Assembly: GCA_964544225.1 (NCBI GenBank)
Contig: CAZIZK010000002.1
Location: 2,557-66,556, forward strand
Reading direction: 5' to 3'
Length of the DNA stretch: 64,000 bases
Source of the DNA: an uncultured Candidatus Saccharibacteria bacterium
GTDB lineage: Bacteria; Patescibacteriota; Minisyncoccia; Phycocordibacterales; UBA9973
The stretch's first letter is position 1. Every line of letters starts with the position of its first letter. Below are positions 49,369-57,288 of the stretch, one piece after another. Under the pieces are notes generated by a model. It had not been told where the DNA came from. It made no database searches and saw nothing but the letters and a program-made list of their open reading frames with translations. The position numbers and the translations under genes were made by a program.

Positions 49369-50894
49369 CAAACTGAAACTGCATTCGCGGAAAGTCCCAA
49401 ATGCGGGCGCGCCGAAGGCGCGCTGTATGGAGAGAGCAGGAATTCTGCATTGCGGGCGCGGGCGAATTCGGTGGGCGGGCAAAATGAGACAGAGACGGAC
49501 TTGTCCCGCAATTGCGAGTTCGTTCCAATTTTTTTGAAATAGTCACGAATTTCAAAAAAATTATCCGTGGATTGCAATTGCGTGGCTTTTTTCATATCCA
49601 AAATCCATTCTCGCAAGGGTTCGACCCAATTCTTTTTCTCTGCTCGGGCGGAGTCCATTTTTTGAGAGAGAGACACTTTTTGTTTCAAAAGCTCGTTTTT
49701 CTTCAAAATATAGTTTTCTTTCGGTATATCGCCGTCTAAATATAAACTGACCAACTCATCGAGCTTTTGTTCTGTCTCTCGCTCATTTTCCTTAATCCGC
49801 CCGAGCATACTTCCCGACGAGGATTTTTCACTTTTGTCCCATTCGTCAACTTTAGATAACATATAATCTGTCCACTCGTCGGGAAGTGCGATTTGTTGAA
49901 GCCGTTCTTTTAATTGCAAGACGACTACATCTTCTCGCAAATATTTTTGGTCACAATTTCCTTTCTTTTTTGTACAACGATAATAGCGATACCGAACGCC
50001 CATTTTTCCCGTCGTCCATTGAGCAGTTATCATACTGTCGCATTCTCCGCAACGAAAAAGACCTGTGAAAGGAAAATTGTGACTTTTCTTTGATTTGCGA
50101 GGATGAGATCGTTCTTGCAATCTTTTCTGTACGGCTTCGAATAAATCGTGGGAAAGAATTGGCGCAAAGCTTCCGGGGAAATATTCGTTGTAATGTTTCG
50201 TTAATCCTAAATATGCTTTGTTGGATAGAATGCGAGATACGGAAGCTTTGCTAAGTGGCGTTCCATTTTTCTGACATACTCCATGATCCGCCAAAAACTT
50301 TCCCATAGATTCAAAACCGTGGTTACCTTTTACATATTCTTCAAAAGCGCGGACGATAATTTTAGATTTTACAATATCAGGTTCAATATTTCTCGTTTTC
50401 GGATTATTGAAATACCCAAACGGCGCTTTTGTTAGCCACTCACCACGGCGAAGTTTTTGGCGGATTCCACGCTCAACATTTTGCTTTAAATTGTCAGAAT
50501 AATATTTAGATTGTCCGAACGCCACTTGTAACATGAATAGCCCTTGCGGGGTTGGTTCAAACCAAAATGTCGGAAAACGCAAAGAAATGATTTTGGTCGT
50601 GTCTACGGCGTAGATGATGCGCCCTCCATCAACGCTATTTCTCGCTAGTCGGTCAGGATGCCAAGCCAGAATACCAGCACCATTCATATTTTCAATGCGG
50701 GACATCATCTCGCCAAATTTTTCACGACCAGGTTTCTTTGCGCTTTTCGACTCTGTAAATTCTCCAAGAATTTGCAGATTTTCTTTACGCGCGAATTCTC
50801 GTAACTCAAAAAGTTGTGCCTCGATAGACATGATTTGCTTGTCATCATCCTCGGTACTTTTTCGCGCGTATAGAAAATATTTTGGTTTGATCAT
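49308..50894 (-). CDS. Large serine recombinase (resolvase, recombinase, Zn-ribbon/coiled-coil domains); C-terminus runs antisense through tRNA-Glu
   Basis: YARKS catalytic Ser, E..SA..PGR..F, DRLARN, P.GY, N..Y.G, TGL.RCGEC...YYRC. Confidence 0.92.
   Translation of the reverse strand: MIKPKYFLYARKSTEDDDKQIMSIEAQLFELREFARKENLQILGEFTESKSAKKPGREKFGEMMSRIENMNGAGILAWHPDRLARNSVDGGRIIYAVDTTKIISLRFPTFWFEPTPQGLFMLQVAFGQSKYYSDNLKQNVERGIRQKLRRGEWLTKAPFGYFNNPKTRNIEPDIVKSKIIVRAFEEYVKGNHGFESMGKFLADHGVCQKNGTPLSKASVSRILSNKAYLGLTKHYNEYFPGSFAPILSHDLFEAVQKRLQERSHPRKSKKSHNFPFTGLFRCGECDSMITAQWTTGKMGVRYRYYRCTKKKGNCDQKYLREDVVVLQLKERLQQIALPDEWTDYMLSKVDEWDKSEKSSSGSMLGRIKENERETEQKLDELVSLYLDGDIPKENYILKKNELLKQKVSLSQKMDSARAEKKNWVEPLREWILDMKKATQLQSTDNFFEIRDYFKKIGTNSQLRDKSVSVSFCPPTEFARARNAEFLLSPYSAPSARPHLGLSANAVSVCDPTENRTLIPSLRRMCPNR
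49366..49480 (+). repeat. Repeat A (attL arm), 115-bp inverted copy of 50953..51067
   Basis: Direct reverse-complement comparison, no mismatches seen. Confidence 0.9.
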
Positions 50895-50952
50895 ATATGT
50901 TTTTGGATTATGAAAAAAGAATAGTCCGTTCTTGTCTCATTTCTTGCTTTCC

Positions 50953-51351
50953 GCCCGCCCACCGAATTCGCCCGCGCCCGCAATGCAGAATTCCTGCTCT
51001 CTCCATACAGCGCGCCTTCGGCGCGCCCGCATTTGGGACTTTCCGCGAATGCAGTTTCAGTTTGTGAACTAATTATATCATTTGCGCGAACTTTTTTCCA
51101 AACAAATGACTAATCGCACATCCGTGCGCTGAAGCGCCTCTGTGCGAAGCACAGAGCTTTCCCAAAGGGAAAGTACGGATATGCGAATACAATGCGGACT
51201 TGGTTTTGCGAAAGCAATTTTCTGGGGAAAGGATTTCGCAAAACCTCGGCTACTAATTTTTTTTGAAATTCGGCGGGACTTTGGATTTGGATTCCGCGCG
51301 CAGGAGGGGTCTGGGGAGGAATGCGCGCGGAGCTTTTTTGGGCGGGGGCTA
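50953..51351 (-). repeat. Internal inverted attP-like junction (A' + GTGA core + B)
   Basis: 50953-51067 is the reverse complement of 49366-49480; 51064-51351 is the reverse complement of 54696-54983. Confidence 0.9.
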
Positions 51352-51408
51352 TGGATAAATTTAAACCAAAATGCTAAACTTATTTGACAATTAAATATGT
51401 TGCCTAAA

Positions 51409-51547
51409 CCAAAAGCTTCGCTTTTGGCATGGCGAAAAACCCGATGAAAGATAAAGAACTCCTAGTCAGAGTTCGCCTTTCATCGGGTCGTGCGGGGAAA
51501 CCCGCATGGGTGGTCGCAAGACTGCCGAGCTGGCTAGGAGCTTTTTG
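51409..51547 (+). ncRNA. Candidate structured leader RNA with GNRA hairpins and possible pseudoknot
   Basis: 12-bp stem 51439-50/51477-88; GAAA- and GCAA-capped hairpins; 51459-69 complementary to 51530-40. Confidence 0.45.
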
Positions 51548-51586
51548 TAAAACTAGCGAACCATTATTAGTAAAAATTATAAATTT

Positions 51587-51820
51587 ATGAAAAAGAAAAA
51601 TAAAGGTAAAAATGTACTAGGAATTATTTGTTTATTGTTTGCAATAGGATCTTTGACCCAGCCAAATTTTGGTTTTGCTCCGCTTGATAGTGCATTTTCA
51701 TTTGGTCAAGATATTGTTCCAACATTAGCGTTTGTTGGTAGTTTTTGGTTTATATATGACATGATTAAAAATCGTGGAAATAAATCGCAAACAGAAACTC
51801 CAAAAGTAGAAAATAATTAA
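51587..51820 (+). CDS. Small two-TM island protein
   Basis: 77 aa with two hydrophobic segments; coupled to next ORF (TAAtATG). Confidence 0.6.
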   Translation: MKKKNKGKNVLGIICLLFAIGSLTQPNFGFAPLDSAFSFGQDIVPTLAFVGSFWFIYDMIKNRGNKSQTETPKVENN

Positions 51821-51821
51821 T

Positions 51822-52622
51822 ATGGAGAACGAAAATAAAAAAGAAGAAGTTGGTAGAAATGTTCCCAAAAGACTAAAAGAGCTTTTCATCATGATTGCTC
51901 CTTTTGTTTTGGTGCTTCTTGTCGGATCGTTTTATGCTTCTCACAAACAGAGTCAACAATTAACGAGCGAATTTAAAACTGCTTTGTCTGGTCAAAGTGG
52001 GAGCGGTCAATATTCTGAAGTATTAAATCAAGTTTTTAGTTATTACAAAAGCCAAAGTGCAATTGAATTTCCTTACTCTCATGAGCTAGATAACTCAGAT
52101 ATGTTGGAAATGAAAAGTTTTGAATCGAAAGATTCTATCAATCAAATCAGTGGAATCCTTAAAAATACTCTCACAGAACTTGATTCTTATGACTCAAAAA
52201 TGAATGAAATAATTCAAGGAGCTAGATCAATTATTCAGAATAGTAATTTATCTCAATCGGAAAAAGACGAAGCTCTTGCTGGTTTCGACAAGTCATTTGA
52301 AGATCAAACATCACAGGACCTGGGCAGTAAAAGAATTGTTGCCATGAGAAATCTCTATGAAAAAGTTTTAACACTTTATGAATTTATGTTGGCAAATTTT
52401 GATGACTATCAAATAAAGACCAATGATTCAGGAAATCAGCAAGTGTACTTCTATACTGATAGTAATATAACCAGATACAATCAAATTTCTGCTGATGTTC
52501 AAAAACTTTCTATAGAATTTCAGAAAGCTAATGATGAATTTATTGCATACAAAAATAAAAATTTCAAAAGTAGTGGTTTAGATATAAACGCGACTGATGT
52601 TCAAAGTTATTTTAATCAATAA
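51822..52622 (+). CDS. Membrane-anchored helical/coiled-coil island protein
   Basis: Single N-terminal TM followed by helical Gln/Ser/Asn-rich region. Confidence 0.65.
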   Translation: MENENKKEEVGRNVPKRLKELFIMIAPFVLVLLVGSFYASHKQSQQLTSEFKTALSGQSGSGQYSEVLNQVFSYYKSQSAIEFPYSHELDNSDMLEMKSFESKDSINQISGILKNTLTELDSYDSKMNEIIQGARSIIQNSNLSQSEKDEALAGFDKSFEDQTSQDLGSKRIVAMRNLYEKVLTLYEFMLANFDDYQIKTNDSGNQQVYFYTDSNITRYNQISADVQKLSIEFQKANDEFIAYKNKNFKSSGLDINATDVQSYFNQ

Positions 52623-52690
52623 ACCTTTACTTTTTAGGTTAAAGTGGTAGAATAGACTTGTTGCGAAGTGTATAGCTTAGCTATACACTT

Positions 52691-54250
52691 TTGCTTTTTA
52701 TGGCTAGATACAATGTCTATAAAATTAAAGATGGGCAAGTTAATGAACTACAAACTCATTTAACCAAAGACCGTAAATATAAATTGGCGGATAGTTTTTC
52801 ATCGCATGGTTATCAAGTTTATACATATTTTGCTGGACCCGATTCAACCGATATGTGGTGGCTTGAACAATACGGACAACATTTTCCAGAACATACGGAC
52901 AAACATAATCAGATATATTCAGGTGCAGTTGTGGCAAATAATACAAGTAAAAAATCTGGCTACATAATCCCACTTGGAAAAACACATTTTTATATTCAAA
53001 ATTTTATTGAAATCAATTTTGGTTTGGAATTAGCGGAAAGGATTGCAGATGAAAAACAGACCAAAATGAAAAGTCTTAAAAATTTTGGCGGGAAAACCAG
53101 TAAGTCCCTTACAAGTTACATTTCAGGATCAAATCTATTATTCTCTAGTGGTGAATCTGCCGAATATTTAAAGCTGAAAGCTCAAAATAAAGAAGCATGG
53201 GGTGATTCATTTGTTCATTTTGGAAGTAGTGTTCAGTTTAATAGTCTTGAAATTGAGCCAGATGATTTGGGTGTTTTGCTCTCAAATATTGATTCTGCGG
53301 TGAAAGGAAAGAAAATATTACACCTTCCGTTAATGAAAGAAATAAAAGAGCCAGCATTGCTCGTACAGTTATATTCAAATCTTGCTGAAAAAATCTTAAA
53401 TGCGGATGACAGTATTGGTATTCTTGATTACGAAATATATGGAGTAGACTTTGTATTTTCTCAACAGACTCATATCAAACTTAAATGTGAGGGTGTTTAT
53501 TCCGACCAATTACCACAGCTTACATTAGAAAATATTATTACGTTCGTAAATGACAACAGTATAGACTTGAAAGATTGCTTGCAGAAAATAAAAGTCCAGT
53601 TTTTAGTGGACAGCGAATCAAAGTATACTGTTCCGCTATTACAACTTATTGAATATTACGGCGATGACAAGAGCTTTTTATATAAGGGTAAGTGGTTTTA
53701 TTTCAATGAAAGCTTTATTGAAAGTTTACATAATGCTCTGACTAAAGTCGAGGTTAGTGAATTTGGCAAAGCTTTTTCAGAAAGCGAATTTGAGGCTTGG
53801 CAAAAAACAAATAAAAATAAAGTAAATTACCGCGAGAGGTTTGTTATTGAGAAAATACACGAAGAATCAAAATTTGAAATTTTAGATCGAGATTTAGACT
53901 ATCTTGGTGTTGGAGATAAAAAATATCAACTTGAAATTGGTGATCTTTATGACCAAAAAAACAAAAGTTTATATGTCGTTAAAATTGGTAGTCCTAGTGA
54001 TTTTGGCTATGCTTTTGATCAGACATTTACCCTGCTTAGTAATGTAAAAGGTCAAAAGTATATTAGTACTGGCGGCAAAGAATATCCTATTGAAACAGTG
54101 AACGTTTTGATTATTTTTCGCACGAATAGAAAATTAAAGGATGCAACTGATACTAAGTCTTTAATTTTTGAAATAAAACTAAATGAATTACAAAAAATAG
54201 CTTTTGAAAAAAATATTAAATTGAATTTAACTTTTACAACTATACTTTAA
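52691..54250 (+). CDS. TIGR04141/DUF6119-like sporadically distributed protein with PD-(D/E)xK-like C-terminus (probable start 52700)
   Basis: G..HF...E.NFGL, C-terminal EIGDLYD...YVVK...S.FGY.F.Q pattern, recognised from memory. Confidence 0.55.
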   Translation: MLFMARYNVYKIKDGQVNELQTHLTKDRKYKLADSFSSHGYQVYTYFAGPDSTDMWWLEQYGQHFPEHTDKHNQIYSGAVVANNTSKKSGYIIPLGKTHFYIQNFIEINFGLELAERIADEKQTKMKSLKNFGGKTSKSLTSYISGSNLLFSSGESAEYLKLKAQNKEAWGDSFVHFGSSVQFNSLEIEPDDLGVLLSNIDSAVKGKKILHLPLMKEIKEPALLVQLYSNLAEKILNADDSIGILDYEIYGVDFVFSQQTHIKLKCEGVYSDQLPQLTLENIITFVNDNSIDLKDCLQKIKVQFLVDSESKYTVPLLQLIEYYGDDKSFLYKGKWFYFNESFIESLHNALTKVEVSEFGKAFSESEFEAWQKTNKNKVNYRERFVIEKIHEESKFEILDRDLDYLGVGDKKYQLEIGDLYDQKNKSLYVVKIGSPSDFGYAFDQTFTLLSNVKGQKYISTGGKEYPIETVNVLIIFRTNRKLKDATDTKSLIFEIKLNELQKIAFEKNIKLNLTFTTIL

Positions 54251-54256
54251 TTTCAA

Positions 54257-54628
54257 GGGAGCGTTCCCCATGCGCGCACGGGTGGGCAAAGTGTCCGCGT
54301 GTACTCACGCGGACAAAGGGGCAAGCATGTATTCCGCCTCGGGCATTTCCGCTATGAGCGTCCATGGCTAAAGGATGAGCGCCGAAGTAATATAACTCAC
54401 AGAAGTTTAGTAGCGAAAGCGACACCACGAACATAAATATGCAAAACGTAGAGTGGGGATGGCGAGGGCGGAACTTCTCGCGAGTACTCTCTGCGAGAAG
54501 TAGCCCGACCCGGGGAGAGGAAACTTCCTCTCCCCAAGAAGCGCGGGCTCCTGCCCGCACGTAGGCACCTAGGCGCGAGTAGCCATAGCGGAAATGCCCG
54601 AGGCGGATGCCGAGGGTGCATCCCCTTT
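54257..54628. ncRNA. GC-rich multi-hairpin non-coding element (candidate large ncRNA or ssDNA origin)
   Basis: Perfect 24-bp long-range stem 54333-54356/54584-54607 enclosing several hairpins. Confidence 0.45.
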
Positions 54629-54695
54629 AGACTTGGACAACCACATAGCAAAAGAAATGACCGAGAAAATTTTAATCCTGTTGTTTCTGAATTTT

Positions 54696-54983
54696 TAGCC
54701 CCCGCCCAAAAAAGCTCCGCGCGCATTCCTCCCCAGACCCCTCCTGCGCGCGGAATCCAAATCCAAAGTCCCGCCGAATTTCAAAAAAAATTAGTAGCCG
54801 AGGTTTTGCGAAATCCTTTCCCCAGAAAATTGCTTTCGCAAAACCAAGTCCGCATTGTATTCGCATATCCGTACTTTCCCTTTGGGAAAGCTCTGTGCTT
54901 CGCACAGAGGCGCTTCAGCGCACGGATGTGCGATTAGTCATTTGTTTGGAAAAAAGTTCGCGCAAATGATATAATTAGTTCAC
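54696..54983 (+). repeat. Repeat B' (attR arm), 288-bp inverted copy of 51064..51351
   Basis: Direct comparison; ORF track shows the same spurious peptide MRSTELSQRES... at 51142(+) and 54905(-). Confidence 0.9.
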
Positions 54984-54985
54984 CA

Positions 54986-55468
54986 ATGCAAATTACTAAT
55001 TTTGAAAATCTTGTAGATAAAGATAAGAATCAGGTTTTTGTCTTTTATTGTCCAGCTTACATACCTGTTAATTTTGCTATACACCCTTGGTTCTTGGTAA
55101 ATAGAAAAGGGGTACTTTCCAGATATGAAATTTTTAACATTAAAAATTTTCAAGCAGATAATGAGGGTTTTATAAATATTGGCTATTGGTACAAAAATGG
55201 GTTGCCTACATATAGTGGCATACAGGTTTTTCCATATAGTAAAAAGTATCATTGGAATGCAAAGTTACTAGGTGTTGTTGATGGTGATGATACAAAAGTG
55301 CTGGAAATGATCGAGTTAATTGAGAATTCGGATAAGCAATATCCCCATATACAAACTTATCGTTTACTTGGGCCCAATAGCAATACTTATGTAAATTGGA
55401 TACTAAGTAAATTCCCAGAATTTAAGATCAAACTCCCACTCGGTGCAATAGGTAAGAATTATAAATAA
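54986..55468 (+). CDS. DUF3750-like protein (permuted papain-like H...N motif)
   Basis: A.HPW, RYEI, Y...GPNSNTYV.W, LP.GAIGK.Y. Confidence 0.6.
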   Translation: MQITNFENLVDKDKNQVFVFYCPAYIPVNFAIHPWFLVNRKGVLSRYEIFNIKNFQADNEGFINIGYWYKNGLPTYSGIQVFPYSKKYHWNAKLLGVVDGDDTKVLEMIELIENSDKQYPHIQTYRLLGPNSNTYVNWILSKFPEFKIKLPLGAIGKNYK

Positions 55469-55538
55469 AATACCCCATAGGCAAGACCTATGGGGTATTT
55501 TCTGTATTTGACTACTTCCACCCCAAATGGTATTCTGA

Positions 55539-56597
55539 GTGCAAACAAAATTAAATAAAATAGTTATGATGAACAAAGATCAATTCGACTTTGAGATTAT
55601 TGCAGGTTCTTCTTGCAAAGCAATAGCAAAAAAAATTGCTAAAGCATTGGGTAAAAAACTTTTTGATTGTAAAATCGGAAGGTTCTCAAATGGTGAACCG
55701 GACGTAGATTTGCAAAAAAGCGTGCGTGGTAAAACAATTTTCTTTATCCAGACTTCACTCACCGGTAACGGTAAAATGGGTGATGGTATGATGGAGACAC
55801 GTGCTGTGGCAGATTCTTTAGTCCGAGCTTCTGTTGGTAAAATGGTTCTAATACAACTAAACTTTCCAATGGCAAGGCAAGACAGAAGGGAGCCGAATCC
55901 AAAGTCTAAAGGGCTTAAACCCAAAAGACGTCCGATTTCGGCACGAATTGCTGCAGATTTCTTCACCGAGTGTGGTTTTAACGGCGTTGTAACAATGCAT
56001 TTGCATTCAGGACAGATTGAGGGTTTCTTTGATGCAAGGAAGTGTGTTATAGACAATGTAAACCCAGCTTCTATTTTTATTAAATATCTTCATGATGAAA
56101 AAATCTTGAATGGTAGTAATGAAAATACAATGCTAGTATCTCCCGATGTAGGAGGTGCAACTTTTGTGGCTTTGCTTTCAGACATTTTAAATCTACCGCC
56201 TTATGCAATTATTGATAAGCGTAGAACTGGACCAGGTAAGAGTGAAGTGATGAATATTATTGGTAGTGTTGCCGGTAAGGATTGTATACTTTGGGATGAC
56301 ATGGTAGATTCCGGTGGAACTGCTGCAACTGCTTGTAAAAAGGTTTTGGATGAAGGAGCAAATAAAGTTATCTTGATGGCTACTCATGCTGTTTTGTCTG
56401 GTAAAGCTGTAACCAATCTGTTGAATTCAAAATTCAGCAAAATCATTTTTACTAACACTTTGCCACTACCAGCTAAGCTTAAAAAAAATAGCCGGTTTGT
56501 CCAACTGTCTGTTGCACCCATGCTAGCAGATATTATTGCAAATATATCCAACGATGAATCGCTGGAAGAAATTGTAAGAATAAACACAGAAGAATAA
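55539..56597 (+). CDS. prs: Ribose-phosphate pyrophosphokinase
   Basis: FSNGE, SVRG, ARQDR, HLHSGQIEGFF, SPDVGG, KRR, DDMVDSGGT, ATH.VLS. Confidence 0.92.
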   Translation: MQTKLNKIVMMNKDQFDFEIIAGSSCKAIAKKIAKALGKKLFDCKIGRFSNGEPDVDLQKSVRGKTIFFIQTSLTGNGKMGDGMMETRAVADSLVRASVGKMVLIQLNFPMARQDRREPNPKSKGLKPKRRPISARIAADFFTECGFNGVVTMHLHSGQIEGFFDARKCVIDNVNPASIFIKYLHDEKILNGSNENTMLVSPDVGGATFVALLSDILNLPPYAIIDKRRTGPGKSEVMNIIGSVAGKDCILWDDMVDSGGTAATACKKVLDEGANKVILMATHAVLSGKAVTNLLNSKFSKIIFTNTLPLPAKLKKNSRFVQLSVAPMLADIIANISNDESLEEIVRINTEE

Positions 56598-56608
56598 TCA
56601 AAACAATC

Positions 56609-56716
56609 ATGAAAAATTTATTTTTTTACAACAAAGGTGGTCCTCGTGAAGACAACGAGGACGAAGATGTCGAAGGCGATGACAATGATCAAGCCGGAGA
56701 TCTAGAAGGGAAATAA
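56609..56716 (+). CDS. Tiny acidic peptide (35 aa), not in ORF track
   Basis: MKNLFFYNKGGPREDNEDEDVEGDDNDQAGDLEGK*, between prs and its terminator. Confidence 0.35.
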   Translation: MKNLFFYNKGGPREDNEDEDVEGDDNDQAGDLEGK

Positions 56717-56778
56717 CCAAACCTTCAAATTTTATGAAATCCTGCAGATGCCTAACCAGCTCTGTGGGATTTTTTTAT

Positions 56779-56811
56779 ACCCCAGATAGAGCCTCAGGCT
56801 CTATCTGGGGT
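56779..56811. repeat. 33-bp perfect palindrome (REP-like)
   Basis: accccagatagagcct-c-aggctctatctggggt, directly after a separate terminator. Confidence 0.6.
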
Positions 56812-56853
56812 GGTTTATGTGGTATTGACAAATAGGGTGAAAAGGTATATAAT

Positions 56854-57240
56854 ATGTGTATTATGAAAAAAGGCGCAATAATTATTTCAATATTCTTCCT
56901 CGCACTTGGCTTTATGGCAGTACCAGCAAAGTCTAATGCTGCTTGGGGTGTTGGAGTTAATCTAAATTTTAATAATGGTTTTGGTAACAATGGTTGGGGT
57001 GGTAATGGATACGGTGGATACACTCCTTATGGTTATAACTACGGTTCACCTTACAATGGTACTTGGGGTAACAATGCTTACTCTAATCCTTATGGTGGTT
57101 ACGGTTATGGTAACTACGGTAATAATGGTGGAAGATTCAATGTTGGTGTAAATATTGGATTCGGTAATGGTGGATACGGTGGTGGATACAATACATTCGG
57201 AGGTTACCCATGTATGCCTACAAACGGCTGGGGTTGCTAA
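56854..57240 (+). CDS. Secreted Gly/Asn/Tyr-rich low-complexity protein
   Basis: Signal peptide (..SNA|A) followed by GYG/NNG repeats and two C-terminal Cys. Confidence 0.7.
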   Translation: MCIMKKGAIIISIFFLALGFMAVPAKSNAAWGVGVNLNFNNGFGNNGWGGNGYGGYTPYGYNYGSPYNGTWGNNAYSNPYGGYGYGNYGNNGGRFNVGVNIGFGNGGYGGGYNTFGGYPCMPTNGWGC

Positions 57241-57250
57241 ATAAATAAAA

Positions 57251-57286
57251 CAAAAAGAAAACTCCCGCTCGGGAGTTTTCTTTTTG
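57251..57286. terminator. Bidirectional terminator
   Basis: caaaaagaaaactcccg-ct-cgggagttttctttttg between convergent genes. Confidence 0.75.
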
Positions 57287-57288
57287 TT

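Larger units (their letters stand above)
49366..54983. mobile_element. ~5.6-kb integrative island in the tRNA-Glu 3' end, TCAC core at both ends
   Basis: TCAC at 49366-69 and 54980-83; joining the flanks restores tRNA ...GGGTCA-CCA followed by the ATG at 54986. Confidence 0.85.

Noticed and set aside
51142-51387. ORF MRSTELSQRES... and its twin at 54672..54905(-)
   Set aside because: Both lie inside the 288-bp hairpin-rich inverted repeat, start at GTG and diverge where the repeat ends; probably non-coding.
51466-51475. TCAGAGTTCG identical to the tRNA-Glu T-arm, a possible guide for RNA-directed targeting
   Set aside because: One 10-nt match between a 72-nt tRNA and a 5.6-kb island is near chance expectation, and it does not span the crossover core.
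54240-54726. ORFs 54240..54560(-) and 54397..54726(-)
   Set aside because: Arg/Pro/Ala-rich products of a GC-rich palindromic region with no recognisable motifs.
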